Of a DNA stretch of 60,733 bases, positions 36,282 to 46,282 are shown in pieces. Numbering within the stretch: position 1 is the stretch's first letter; every line of letters begins with the position of its first letter. A program made the translations under genes and the position numbers. The stretch is taken from positions 1-60,733 of the forward strand of contig JBCCZL010000002.1 of NCBI GenBank assembly GCA_039187775.1. Direction: 5' to 3'. The stretch is from Myxococcota bacterium (GTDB taxonomy: Bacteria > Myxococcota_A > Polyangia > Polyangiales > JBCCZL01). Under the pieces are notes generated by a model. The model made no database searches and was not told the origin of the DNA. It saw nothing but the letters and a program-made list of their open reading frames with translations.

Positions 36282-38710
36282 AACCCTACCCCGGTTAGCG
36301 CCGGTGATTGGCACACGATAGTCCAGATGTTCGCAAGTGCCGCTTCGTCGTCGAGGCCGAGTCCGCAGGACTCACTCCCTTCCTGAAGCGTTGTCGACAA
36401 AGCTGCTGCGTCTGCGCAGATCGGCACCGCAACCTGCCGGTCATAGAGCTCCTGAAGCGTCTCACGGCGAGCCTCGTACCGCGCGGAGCCCCGCGGAAAG
36501 CCCAATAGGTCGGCGGTGATGACGTCGAGGGCGCGCTCAGGCTCGTTGACCGGAAGAATCCCCTGCCTTCCGGCGACGTCTTCGGCCGCCAGGGCGCAGA
36601 GCCCCTGAAAGGACACCGCCGACATCGCGCCGAACGAACTCGGCTGGTGAAACTCGGGCGCCCCGCGCGTCCACTGCTCGGTGGGGATGCTGCTCGCCAA
36701 AATCGGCTGGGTATTCCCGCGATTGCAGATGTCGGCCCGGCTGGTCGGCGAACCTCCTTCCGCCGCACGAATCGCAGAAAGACGAGTCCTCATCGCGTGG
36801 CAGTAGTGGTTTGAGCGGGCAATGCTCACCTGGGCTCCCGGAAACTCGGATCCCTCCGTCGGGGAGGTGTGGGTTACGAGCTCCGACGAGAAGAAAGCCC
36901 GTATCAAATGGGTAAGGTTGTGGCCCGAGCGCTCGAAGTCCTCGGCAAGGCTTCGGACCGTCTCGTTGTGTTCATCACACTCGATCGAGCTCGCCCACTG
37001 GCACACCTTGAGCACCCACGCTTTCGCAAACGCCGGGTGGGACGCGACCGCTTCGGCCCAGTCTTCGAGCGTGGCGATCGGCATGGAGAGTCCCTGGAAC
37101 GAGAAGTCTGCGTCCGAAAACGGCGCTTCCGGCGCGCGCTGACGGGTGTGCACCGGGTCGAACGCGCTCAGCCATGCGACCCGCATGCCTTCGATATTCT
37201 TGTGGCAGCCGTAGCACTCCGTCCCCGGCGGAAACAGGTCGAGATCCACCCCCTCGTCGCCCACGTTTCGGAGCGTCGGATCTCCTGCGGTGAAGGTTCG
37301 ACCCAGCGCGATCAGCAACGCCTGGTTGGCGGTCACCCGGAACTCGTTGTCGCGATTGGTGAGCCACGTCTGGAAGAAAGCGGGCGTCGTAAAGAACCCA
37401 AGGCGCGGAGCACGAAGGGTGACCGTTCCCCCGTTCGGGATGCTGCGGAGCTCCTCGGCGTAGGCCGCATCCATGAAGTCCGGCCCTTCGGTCATATGCG
37501 TCGACGTCGGATCGTGAAGGATGGTGACGGTCCGCCAGTCTTCCGCATCGGCGACCACGTCATATGCGGTCTCGTCTTCTCGAAGCACCTCGCGCATATC
37601 GTTCATGGGATTGTCCTTGCGGAACTTCCCATCGGGTTTGTCCGGCGGGTTGTCGCCCAGTTTGAGGGCGAGCAACAAAAGCGTCGTCATCTCCCAGTCG
37701 CGCGTTGTCACGATAGTGCGAAAGTCCTCGTTCGCATCGATGATCCGCTCGGCGGTACGGATCATTCCCATCCGCAGGTTCTCGCGAAGGCCGCTGAGGC
37801 GAATGGAACGAGTGTTCCGATACTGAAAGAAGTAGTTGGTGTCGGCGGGGCTTTGTTGAAGCGTGAGCTCGAGAAACTGCCGACGCTTGGCGTGAAACTC
37901 GTCGGTCTCCATCCAGCTCTCGACCACTTCCGAGAGGGCAGTCGGATCCGCGGATCCATCGGGAGCGGTCACCGCTTCAAGCTCCTCCAGCGTGACCACA
38001 CCTCCATGGAGGACATATTTTACTTTGCTGAGCACCGTGAACGCATCATGCGCGACCAAGACCTCGGGTTCCGGGAGCTCGCCGTCGAGCTGACCGATCC
38101 ACTCCTCGAGGCAGTTGACGTCCTCTCGGGGGACCACCGCCTCCGTGGCCAACGGCATCGGCGAAAACACGCAGCTTTCGTTGCCAAAACCCGCATAGCG
38201 GTCGGGCGCGATAGTGCGGAGGAGGAGCGACGCTCCCGGCTCCATGGGGTCGAGGAGGAAGTCGTCAGAACAGGTCGGATTGCGGGACGGGCGAGCCATG
38301 AGACGGGTCGTGAGCCTAGCCGACATCAGGTCGAGGCCGCCTCCGGCGAGGTCCGGACTCTCGTTGTGACAGCCGAGGCACCCATTGCGGGCGAACACTT
38401 CCTGAACCTCGGTCGTGCCGCACTGGCCGCCGCCTGGCTGGGACCCGTGCGGCCGGCTTGGGCCGGCGGTTCCTTCCGACGGCGTCACCGACCCTTCGCA
38501 CCCCACGCCCGCAAATAGCGCTCCAGCAAGAAGAAGCCCTGCGAATCGGAGCCCTGCGAATCGGAGCCCTGCGAACCGGCGCCCTGCGAATGGGAGCCGG
38601 GTAGACAGGCCCCCTTTTCCCCGGAACCGGGCGAACGCACCCACGGACACCGCGCCCGTCGACCGCAGTAGCCCGAGGCTGTGCGTGCATCGCGTCATCC
38701 ACACCCGCAT
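36278..38710 (-). CDS. Di-haem c lipoprotein (planctomycete-type cytochrome c plus DUF1588/DUF1585-like region), cassette 2
   Basis: Lipobox GVGC; CLGCH...GGLDL...PGASLL...MP and a second CYGCH; GAGGTG RBS before ATG 38710. Confidence 0.82.
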   Translation of the reverse strand: MRVWMTRCTHSLGLLRSTGAVSVGAFARFRGKGGLSTRLPFAGRRFAGLRFAGLRFAGLLLAGALFAGVGCEGSVTPSEGTAGPSRPHGSQPGGGQCGTTEVQEVFARNGCLGCHNESPDLAGGGLDLMSARLTTRLMARPSRNPTCSDDFLLDPMEPGASLLLRTIAPDRYAGFGNESCVFSPMPLATEAVVPREDVNCLEEWIGQLDGELPEPEVLVAHDAFTVLSKVKYVLHGGVVTLEELEAVTAPDGSADPTALSEVVESWMETDEFHAKRRQFLELTLQQSPADTNYFFQYRNTRSIRLSGLRENLRMGMIRTAERIIDANEDFRTIVTTRDWEMTTLLLLALKLGDNPPDKPDGKFRKDNPMNDMREVLREDETAYDVVADAEDWRTVTILHDPTSTHMTEGPDFMDAAYAEELRSIPNGGTVTLRAPRLGFFTTPAFFQTWLTNRDNEFRVTANQALLIALGRTFTAGDPTLRNVGDEGVDLDLFPPGTECYGCHKNIEGMRVAWLSAFDPVHTRQRAPEAPFSDADFSFQGLSMPIATLEDWAEAVASHPAFAKAWVLKVCQWASSIECDEHNETVRSLAEDFERSGHNLTHLIRAFFSSELVTHTSPTEGSEFPGAQVSIARSNHYCHAMRTRLSAIRAAEGGSPTSRADICNRGNTQPILASSIPTEQWTRGAPEFHQPSSFGAMSAVSFQGLCALAAEDVAGRQGILPVNEPERALDVITADLLGFPRGSARYEARRETLQELYDRQVAVPICADAAALSTTLQEGSESCGLGLDDEAALANIWTIVCQSPALTGVGL
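38536..38595. repeat. 4 x 15-bp in-frame tandem repeat (RFAGL-type units)
   Basis: GCCCTGCGAATCGGA twice, then GCCCTGCGAACCGGC and GCCCTGCGAATGGGA. Confidence 0.9.
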
Positions 38711-38906
38711 CGACACCTCACCGTTGTCCATCGACATTACTCGCGAACGGGGGCCAACGTGTCTCACTCCTCTTGCGCTCCGGCGGCGCCGGGGCCTCCG
38801 CCACGCCATGCATCGCTAGAAACATGGCGCTCCAAAGTGCATCGTTGAAGGAGGTCGGACGCGCTTCGGCTCATCGACCCAAACGAGGAACCCGTTTGGA
38901 CGCCGC

Positions 38907-39812
38907 CTAGATTCCGACCATCGCGGCGCTCTTGTCGACGAACGCCTGGACCTGCTCCGCATCGATGCCGAGCGCACTCCCGGCCTTTGAGAACACCTCC
39001 TGGTTGGGCTGATCCAGGTTTTGGTGGTCGAGCTCGATGGCTCCGCCCACCGCGGTCGACACCGCCTCCGCGACGACGAGGATCGCGTTCGTGCTGTTGA
39101 TCGACCCGCCCTTCACCGGACGATGATGGCACTCGATGATCTCGACCCACTCTTCTGGCAACCCCCACAGCTTCGCCACCGATGCGCCGGCTTCTTCATG
39201 AAAATCCCGAAAGATGCCGGCATACTCATCCAGCGCCAGCTTGTGCCGACCCCGCCGGCTCGCGTCCGCGAGCGCAACGGTCGACGCGAGGAGACCGATG
39301 TCATGAAGGAGGCCCAAGAGAAACACCGACTTGTGCTCAAATCGAAGATGGGCCGCGATAAGGGCGGAGATCCGCGCCACCAAGAGACTGTGGTGAAACA
39401 GGCGCTCCATGAAGTCATTGCAGGCGGGGTGACGAAACACCTTCGCTTTAAGCGAGACCTCCCACACCAGATCGCGCATCCCCCGAAGGCCCAGCCGACT
39501 CGCTGCATCCTGAAGCGAACGGGGCGGGATCTTCGTGGCATAGGCCGGCGACTGGGCACGCTTGAGAATCGCCGTCGCAAGCACCGGGTCGCGCTGAACC
39601 ACGGCGACAATGTCGGTGAGGGTGGACCGAGGCTTCTGGATCAACTCATTGACCTGAACCGCCACCTTCGGAAGAAGCGGCGGGTGGTAGTCGGGTGACG
39701 CAAACGTCGTTTTGAGCGCCTCGGTAATGTCCTCTTCGCTCGCGATCGAAAGGTCGATCGTATGAACTCCCTTTCCGTAGTTGGCGTTCGCGCGGGCGTT
39801 GGAAAAGGCCAT
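38907..39812 (-). CDS. HDOD-domain protein
   Basis: PPLLPKVA, DPVLATAILKRAQS, HSLLVA, GLLHDIG and WGLPE...CHH motifs. Confidence 0.92.
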   Translation of the reverse strand: MAFSNARANANYGKGVHTIDLSIASEEDITEALKTTFASPDYHPPLLPKVAVQVNELIQKPRSTLTDIVAVVQRDPVLATAILKRAQSPAYATKIPPRSLQDAASRLGLRGMRDLVWEVSLKAKVFRHPACNDFMERLFHHSLLVARISALIAAHLRFEHKSVFLLGLLHDIGLLASTVALADASRRGRHKLALDEYAGIFRDFHEEAGASVAKLWGLPEEWVEIIECHHRPVKGGSINSTNAILVVAEAVSTAVGGAIELDHQNLDQPNQEVFSKAGSALGIDAEQVQAFVDKSAAMVGI

Positions 39813-39908
39813 AGAGATAAAATACGGATCCGGAGCAAACGGCTGAACGCCCGTGTCGCCATTTTTGAGGTGGCTCAGCGCGCGGAATTCGACGAAACGT
39901 CGGCGCCC

Positions 39909-41159
39909 CTAGCGCCCCGGAATGGGCATCGAGATGCGGAAGAGTCCACCGTGGTGGGTTCCGTGGGGCTGGAACCCTGACTGGATGCGAATCCCATACG
40001 TGATGAAGAGACTCTTGCGGTCTGACCCACCGAATGCCAGCCCGGTGACGCGAAGCCGCCGTTCGACCTCCTCGCGCACTACGAGTTCACCAAGCAGCTC
40101 GCCGGCGTGGCTGAACACCAGAACCTTGTTGAGGCTCCCGACGTACAAGTTCGAAGCGATGTCGATCGCCAGTCCATCGGGAGAGGTGAGATTCCCGATG
40201 ACGAGCTCCGGCTCTCCGAGCTCACTGCGATCGTCGATCGCACTCCGCCAAAGCGCGCCCGACTCGGGCTCATCCGACCCCCGAGTGGTGAAGTACACGG
40301 TCTGCCCGTCGCCTGCCATTGCGAGCGCGATCGGCCCGCTCGCGTCCTCGGTGCCCAGGAATACGTGGCGAAGAGGTGCTTCCGGGTGTTCATCAAGCTC
40401 GACGATCGCGCCGTGGTTGCGCATATGCCGCGCCTTGAATGTCGTGAACAGGAGGGTGCCTCGTTCGGTAGCTACCACGTCGTTGAGCCACTTCATGCGG
40501 CTCCCGCGGGTCCGGTCGGCGGTATGAATGTCCGTCGCGAGCGACGCAGAGGTAGGCGATGGCCCAAATGGATCGAAGACCTCGATCAGCTCATCCCTGG
40601 CTTTCTTTGGGCTGATCCAGCAAACGAATCGGCCATGGGCCTCGAAGGACTTACACCAAGCGACCTCTCCCCCGTGCTCTGGATTGGGTAGGACGCTCGC
40701 AAGCGTCATGAGATTGGGAATGATCTGTGCGTAGCTCTCGACTTGGGGATCGAATGCGTACGGTCGGTACGACGGCTCGGTCTTACTTCGAGCGATGCTC
40801 ATGCTGAAAAGCAACCGTTGCCGGGAGCGCAGCCACTGGGGGTGGGCGGTCGAAGACCGAAGCTGTTCCTCGAGAAGCTGCTCCACCGGCCCCGCTCCTT
40901 CGAGCGGGTCGACCTCGAAAAAGTCCGCAGGATCGTAGTCCGGGTCCGGGAAGACCGTTGGCTCGCCGGTGTCAGGTCGGGTGGTCGCGTCTTCTGTCCT
41001 TCCAATCTGTCCATCCGCCCAGGAAGTGCCGCCGTCTGGGGGATTCGAACCGGAGGACACCTCCCCCTCACCGCATCCTGCGATCATCATTCCCGCGCAG
41101 CACCCGAGCACGTACCTGGCCCTTCGGCGGTGCAAGCCGAACCCGTAGCTCGTCCCCAT
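39909..41159 (-). CDS. SMP-30/gluconolactonase-like beta-propeller lipoprotein
   Basis: Lipobox IAGC; LNDVV...GTLLFT, PDGLAID..SNLYV and TGLAFGGSDRKSLFIT. Confidence 0.85.
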   Translation of the reverse strand: MGTSYGFGLHRRRARYVLGCCAGMMIAGCGEGEVSSGSNPPDGGTSWADGQIGRTEDATTRPDTGEPTVFPDPDYDPADFFEVDPLEGAGPVEQLLEEQLRSSTAHPQWLRSRQRLLFSMSIARSKTEPSYRPYAFDPQVESYAQIIPNLMTLASVLPNPEHGGEVAWCKSFEAHGRFVCWISPKKARDELIEVFDPFGPSPTSASLATDIHTADRTRGSRMKWLNDVVATERGTLLFTTFKARHMRNHGAIVELDEHPEAPLRHVFLGTEDASGPIALAMAGDGQTVYFTTRGSDEPESGALWRSAIDDRSELGEPELVIGNLTSPDGLAIDIASNLYVGSLNKVLVFSHAGELLGELVVREEVERRLRVTGLAFGGSDRKSLFITYGIRIQSGFQPHGTHHGGLFRISMPIPGR

Positions 41160-41276
41160 CGTCCGCTCCCGTTAAGTTGATCCCAGCCAGTACGTGGCGT
41201 CGACGGGAACGATCGGGTGGAACTTTCTCGGGCTCCCGGGAAACCTCCGTCGCAACCGTCGTGATAGCGTGAGGAC

Positions 41277-42269
41277 GTGCGACAATTCCGTGCACTCTTT
41301 CGTTTCCTCGTCGTCGTGTCGCTCGTGCTTTTGGTGGGACGCCCGGCATCCGCCGAACCTCCGCGCTTTGTCCTCGCCGCTGACCCGAACACGGAACTCG
41401 ACGCCGCGCTCGGCGCTCAGCTCGTCGACCTTCCGATCGTTGTCGAGCGGATGGTCCTACCGGAGGCCGGCTCGGAGCTCACGGTGCGGATTCGCTGGGG
41501 CCGCGCCACCGCCCTCGCCCACCGAGCCCTCGCCGTATTCGTCGTGGAACCCGCGGACGGAGCCTGGTTTGTCTCGGTGTTTGCCAACGGAAGTCGACTC
41601 CTCGCCCGGAGAATCGACGCGGGCACCCGGGCGGCGTCGATCGAAGAGACCGCCGTACTGCTGCGGGCCCAAATGCTGGCGCTGGCCGAGGGTGGTCTCA
41701 TCGAGGTTGCGACTCCGAGGCTGCCCTTACCGCCCCCCCGAGCAGAATTCCCTCCTCGGTTCGTTGCCGACTTGGGTTACGAGCAGAGCTTCGCGGGAGC
41801 CGACCTCGGGCTTCGCCACAGCGCCGCCATCCGCCTCGCGATTCGGCTCAACGGGTGGGCCGAACCGTTTGTCGCTTACACGTTCACTCCACCCGGTCGC
41901 GTCGAGATGAGCGCTGGGGAACTCGAACTCACCGGTCATCGTGGGGTGATCGGATTCCTCGTGAGTCCGACCACTGGGTCGCGCGTTCGTGCGGGGCTCG
42001 GGCTTGCCCTCTCTGCGGAGGCGACCATTCGACAGACGCTTCGCTTCGAACCGTCGGCCCGGCCGTCGGCGACGCTCTGGTCCGTCGGCCTCGGAGCCCG
42101 GTTCGACCTCGCCATCCGGCTCGTCACGGTGTTCTCCGTGGGCGCCTATCTGGGAGTGGACGGATTCTTTCAGCGAATCCGGCACGTGTCCGTTCCGAAC
42201 GACGACCCCCTCGACTCGTGGCCGGTGCGACTTCGCGGTGGCCTGTACCTCCGGGCCGAGCTCCCGTGA
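41277..42269 (+). CDS. Secreted hypothetical protein with probable C-terminal small beta-barrel
   Basis: Signal peptide (PASA|E), Pro linker, then alternating amphipathic strands ending GGLYLRAELP. Confidence 0.65.
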   Translation: MRQFRALFRFLVVVSLVLLVGRPASAEPPRFVLAADPNTELDAALGAQLVDLPIVVERMVLPEAGSELTVRIRWGRATALAHRALAVFVVEPADGAWFVSVFANGSRLLARRIDAGTRAASIEETAVLLRAQMLALAEGGLIEVATPRLPLPPPRAEFPPRFVADLGYEQSFAGADLGLRHSAAIRLAIRLNGWAEPFVAYTFTPPGRVEMSAGELELTGHRGVIGFLVSPTTGSRVRAGLGLALSAEATIRQTLRFEPSARPSATLWSVGLGARFDLAIRLVTVFSVGAYLGVDGFFQRIRHVSVPNDDPLDSWPVRLRGGLYLRAELP

Positions 42270-42334
42270 CGGATTTATCAAAAAAAATCCGCCCGGATCT
42301 CTTCGCGCTGCTCACTTCCTATCGAACGCCTCGC

Positions 42335-42916
42335 GTGGCCAACGTCCTCGAAGTGAAGAAAGCTCCAAAAGGGAGCGATCTCGCGCTTGTTCAGCAAGTG
42401 GGGGCCGGGGACCGCTCGGCGCAGCGGGCTCTCACCCAACGGATCTTCCCTCGGGTGAAGACCATCGCCTACCGAATTGCCTCGCGTCCGGCGGACGCCG
42501 AGGACGCCGCCCAGTCAGCCATGATCGAAATTCTCCATCACGTCAGTGGGTACCAGGGCGCGGGTCGGCTCGAGAGCTACTGCGATCGAATCGCCACCCG
42601 AGCGACCCTTCGGCACCTCCGGGGCGAGCGCATCCCGCGGAGCTCCGAGCCCGACGAGCTCGCTGCCCCGTCCGCGGAGCTCAGCGGCCGGGAGCGTACA
42701 CCTCAAGGTATTGAGACCTACCTGACCGCGCTGTCGCAGCCACTTCGAGAAGCGCTCGTCCTTCGTCATGTGCTCGAGTACTCGATCGACGAAATCGCGG
42801 AGCTCACGGGGAGCTCGCGCAACACTGTCAAAGATCGGTTGGTGCGAGCGCGGCAGGCCATGCGGCGACAGATTCGACGCGACCAGAACATTGGTACGCG
42901 AAGGGGGCAACGGTGA
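42335..42916 (+). CDS. ECF sigma factor
   Basis: DAEDAAQ region 2; LREALVLRHVLEYSIDEIAELTG...TVKDRLVRAR region 4. Start approximate. Confidence 0.92.
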   Translation: MANVLEVKKAPKGSDLALVQQVGAGDRSAQRALTQRIFPRVKTIAYRIASRPADAEDAAQSAMIEILHHVSGYQGAGRLESYCDRIATRATLRHLRGERIPRSSEPDELAAPSAELSGRERTPQGIETYLTALSQPLREALVLRHVLEYSIDEIAELTGSSRNTVKDRLVRARQAMRRQIRRDQNIGTRRGQR

Positions 42917-44145
42917 GCAGCGATACGAGGATGGGCGAGGCGGAGAGCGACTGCGGCCGATGGTGTGACATCAGCGACCGGCTTGCCCTCGAGGAACCGG
43001 TCACCGCGGAGGAACGGGCGTTTTGGCGATGGCACGCCGAAAGCTGCCCCGCGTGTGGAGCCGAGCAAGCGGCCTACGCAGAACTCGGCCGCCTCGAACC
43101 CACCGCTTCGCCCCTCGTCGGGCGCACCGCGAAGCGACGGTCCAACACCGGGGTGGTTGTGGCAGGCGCTGCGGTACTCGCGGTGGCGGCATCGGTCACG
43201 CTCGTTTTCACTCCGAACGGAGAGTCGCCGACCGCCAAAACGGTGGTCGCGCCGCCTCCCCCCGAGCCGGAAGCCCCGGTTGCCCTCGCGTCGACCGAGC
43301 AAACACTCACCCCATCCCGCGACGAGTGTCTCGCTCCGAGCGAGGGAGTCGATGTATGCGTCGCCGCTGGCGCGGAGCTTCGGATCCGCGACGCACGCTT
43401 CTTCGTGGCCCGCGGTCGCGTCGTCTTTTCCCGAAGCGACGCGGCGGCGGAGTACCCGCTTCGCGTAGCGACCCACGACGGCGCGATCGAACCACTTGGA
43501 ACCGTGTTTTCGGTGGACGCTCGAGAGGACCAGGCGACCGCGGTTCAGCTGCTTTCGGGCACCCTCCGGCTCGACGCCGGCGGCCGAGTGACCGAGCTCG
43601 AGGAGGGCCATCGGATTCGACTCGGAGAGGACACCTCCGAAGAGCTCGACGATGCTGACCGCGAACTTTTTCGTCGACTTCTTCCCGATGAGATCCTTTC
43701 CACCCTCCCCGGTCCGTCCGAGACGGTGGCGGCCATCGGCCGCATACCGCGGCCGCTCCCTCGGCGAACGGAAACAGGCCCCCCGGAGACCACCCCGACC
43801 CCGGCGGAACTTCTGACCCTCGCACGACGCGCAATGGCGAGCGGAGACCGCACGAACGCCGAGGCGCAGTACACCCGGCTGCTCCAGGCTCATCCAGGAA
43901 GTCCCGAAGCGCGTTCGGCCCTTCTGACCCTTGGCGAGCTTCGCCTCGCGCTCGGAAGGCCAGGCGCTGCGCTCGCCGCCTTCGAGCGGTACGGACGACG
44001 GGGAGCCCTCGCGCCCGAGGCCGCCTACGGGCGCATTCGCGCGCTCCGGGCGCTCGGCAGGAGCTCGGAGGCGTCCAGCGAAACCGAGCGGTTCCTCGCG
44101 TCTTACCCGAATCACCTTCGCGCCGCCGAGTTACGCCACCGATAG
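42913..44145 (+). CDS. Anti-sigma factor: ZAS motif + TM + FecR-like + TPR
   Basis: HAESCPAC (HxxxCxxC), TM helix, LGTVFSV...VQLLSG and C-terminal TPR helices; GTGA overlap with the sigma gene. Confidence 0.88.
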   Translation: MSSDTRMGEAESDCGRWCDISDRLALEEPVTAEERAFWRWHAESCPACGAEQAAYAELGRLEPTASPLVGRTAKRRSNTGVVVAGAAVLAVAASVTLVFTPNGESPTAKTVVAPPPPEPEAPVALASTEQTLTPSRDECLAPSEGVDVCVAAGAELRIRDARFFVARGRVVFSRSDAAAEYPLRVATHDGAIEPLGTVFSVDAREDQATAVQLLSGTLRLDAGGRVTELEEGHRIRLGEDTSEELDDADRELFRRLLPDEILSTLPGPSETVAAIGRIPRPLPRRTETGPPETTPTPAELLTLARRAMASGDRTNAEAQYTRLLQAHPGSPEARSALLTLGELRLALGRPGAALAAFERYGRRGALAPEAAYGRIRALRALGRSSEASSETERFLASYPNHLRAAELRHR

Positions 44146-44183
44146 CGCATGTTTCCGGAGTTCGAGCGTGCGACAATGCCTTC

Positions 44184-46241
44184 GTGACGTGGGGTTTCCA
44201 TGGTGGCCTTGCATTCCTCCTGATGCTTTCCGCATGCGTCGTCGACGATGTGGTAGGCGGGGTTCCCGAATGCACTCGCTGCGGCGAGGCGTGCGCGTCC
44301 TTCGACGTCACCCGCTACATCCGAGTCGGCGAACGAGCGACGTTCGTGGATGTGGCCACCCTTCCAACGGGGGGAACCTTCGTCGTTGGCCGTCCATCGA
44401 TCGTCGAAGTCTCGAACGACGGGACCGCACGAGGGCTCATCGAAGGGGGGACCGCGGTCGCTTACCGCACCCTGGGCGGAGCCGTTCCGTTCGTTGGGTA
44501 TCTCCAGGTCACGTCATGTGAGAGCACCCTTTGTGTCAGCGTTCGGACCGAGGAGGTCGCGACCGGAGACCGAGCGCCCGTGGACGTGTGGGACCTCGCG
44601 GACCTCGGCTATGAGCTCGATTCCGACCCTGCGACCGCGGTCTCTTCCGGCATCGTCGAACCGCTCGCAGATGGCGCCCACTTCTTGACCGCAGAGACGG
44701 CCGAGGCGACCGCGACCGCTGACTTTCGGTCTTCGTATTGGCGACGACTCGAGAACGGCCCCATCGACAACTCCACCCACCGGCTCGAAGCGACCGATGA
44801 GGAGGTCTACCTCGGGACCCGCGACGGGATCTATGTGCTCGATCCGGACGGGCGCTGGCGGTCCCTGACGAACGGGTCCGAGCTCGGCTTCCAAAGGTCT
44901 CTCGAGGTCTCGGCCGCGGACAACCGGCTCTACGCCATGTTCCGGCGTGAAGGGTCGGACTCCGTGTTGTACGCGTACACGCCCACGTCCCGGGAGTGGG
45001 CGCCGGTCGAGGGCCTAAGGAGTCGAGACATTCGCTCGTCGGGCTCGATCTTCGCCGCCGCGGGGCGGCTGTTTGCCACCAGCCCGCGCTACTACCGAGA
45101 CGATGGAGCCACGTTCGAAGCACGCGCCCTCCTCGAACTCGTAGGCCAACGACTCGAGCCGATCGGCTTCGACACCTTCGAACGTCGGCCGGTCGCCGCA
45201 ACCATTTTTGGCTCTACGCTTCTGACCGTCCCTGGAACGGGGCTCGCCGCGTTCGACCTTCCCACGGGCCAGCCGGTCCGCGTCGCCTCGCCGGTGGACG
45301 AACCGCTGGGAAGTGGAGCGATCGACCGCGACGGTCGGCTGGTCGTCACCGGCCGGCATCAGGTGTTCCGGCGCGACGGTGAGAGCTGGACCGAGCTCGA
45401 CCGGACAGCTCTCCCGGGAGACTCGAGCCCCGCGCGAGGCCGTCCCGATGCGGTGTTTCGCGTCGGGGACGACCTCTTCATGCGAAACTTCTTTTGGCGG
45501 ACCTTTCGCCTCGAGGGCGATGCTTTCGTCGAAGAGTCGCTTTTTCCGCCGCTCCCCTCGGACCGACTGCCGAGCGACCTTCACTACGACACCGACGGTC
45601 GCTACGTGGCGGTGGTCCGCCAACAGAGTGACCGGCCACCAGAGCAGTGGCGATCGGCCGCCGGACAGCGCGGCCGGATTCCGAGGAGCCCCACGGCCCT
45701 CGCCTGGCTCGAGCCCCCGCGGTCGGTCTGGGTCGGCCACCCGTATCAGCTCGAGTTCGAGCAGCAAGGAACAGGTGAGTTGCTATTCAGCGTCGAAAAC
45801 CGCTCGATCGCGTCGGTGGACGGATCCGGACGGCTCGTGGGTCTTCGCCCAGGTCGGACCCGGGTCCGGATGACCGCCGAGCACGACCCCTCGGTGCACC
45901 AGGAGCTCGCCATCGACGTGGTGGACCTAGCGCAGGCGGCAGCCGGAATCGTCCTATCCGCCAACCGTCGCCTCGCGATGTTCGTCGATGAGCAGATGAC
46001 GATCGGAACTAGGATCGCCTTCCGCGAGTGCGGCTTCGCGGTACCGGAAGACCTCGACGGCGACCCCGACGGGACGTCCTTCGCGTGGGTGTCCGCCGAT
46101 CCGAGCATCGCTACCGTTGACGCCAACGGAACCGTCGTCGCGGTGAGTCCTGGCGAAACAGTGATCCGCGTGGCTCTCGTCGAAGCTCCCCACGTATTCT
46201 CCGCCATCGCGCTGCGGGTGCAGACCGTAAACCTCGACTAG
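44184..46241 (+). CDS. Lipoprotein with Big_2 Ig-like domains and a central beta-propeller
   Basis: Lipobox LSAC; SIVEVSNDG, SIASVDGSGRLVGLRPG and WVSADPSIATVDANGTVVAVSPGET. Confidence 0.8.
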   Translation: MTWGFHGGLAFLLMLSACVVDDVVGGVPECTRCGEACASFDVTRYIRVGERATFVDVATLPTGGTFVVGRPSIVEVSNDGTARGLIEGGTAVAYRTLGGAVPFVGYLQVTSCESTLCVSVRTEEVATGDRAPVDVWDLADLGYELDSDPATAVSSGIVEPLADGAHFLTAETAEATATADFRSSYWRRLENGPIDNSTHRLEATDEEVYLGTRDGIYVLDPDGRWRSLTNGSELGFQRSLEVSAADNRLYAMFRREGSDSVLYAYTPTSREWAPVEGLRSRDIRSSGSIFAAAGRLFATSPRYYRDDGATFEARALLELVGQRLEPIGFDTFERRPVAATIFGSTLLTVPGTGLAAFDLPTGQPVRVASPVDEPLGSGAIDRDGRLVVTGRHQVFRRDGESWTELDRTALPGDSSPARGRPDAVFRVGDDLFMRNFFWRTFRLEGDAFVEESLFPPLPSDRLPSDLHYDTDGRYVAVVRQQSDRPPEQWRSAAGQRGRIPRSPTALAWLEPPRSVWVGHPYQLEFEQQGTGELLFSVENRSIASVDGSGRLVGLRPGRTRVRMTAEHDPSVHQELAIDVVDLAQAAAGIVLSANRRLAMFVDEQMTIGTRIAFRECGFAVPEDLDGDPDGTSFAWVSADPSIATVDANGTVVAVSPGETVIRVALVEAPHVFSAIALRVQTVNLD

Positions 46242-46282
46242 CAGGCGGATCCGCTTTCCCCTCCGGTGATTTCCGATCGCGA

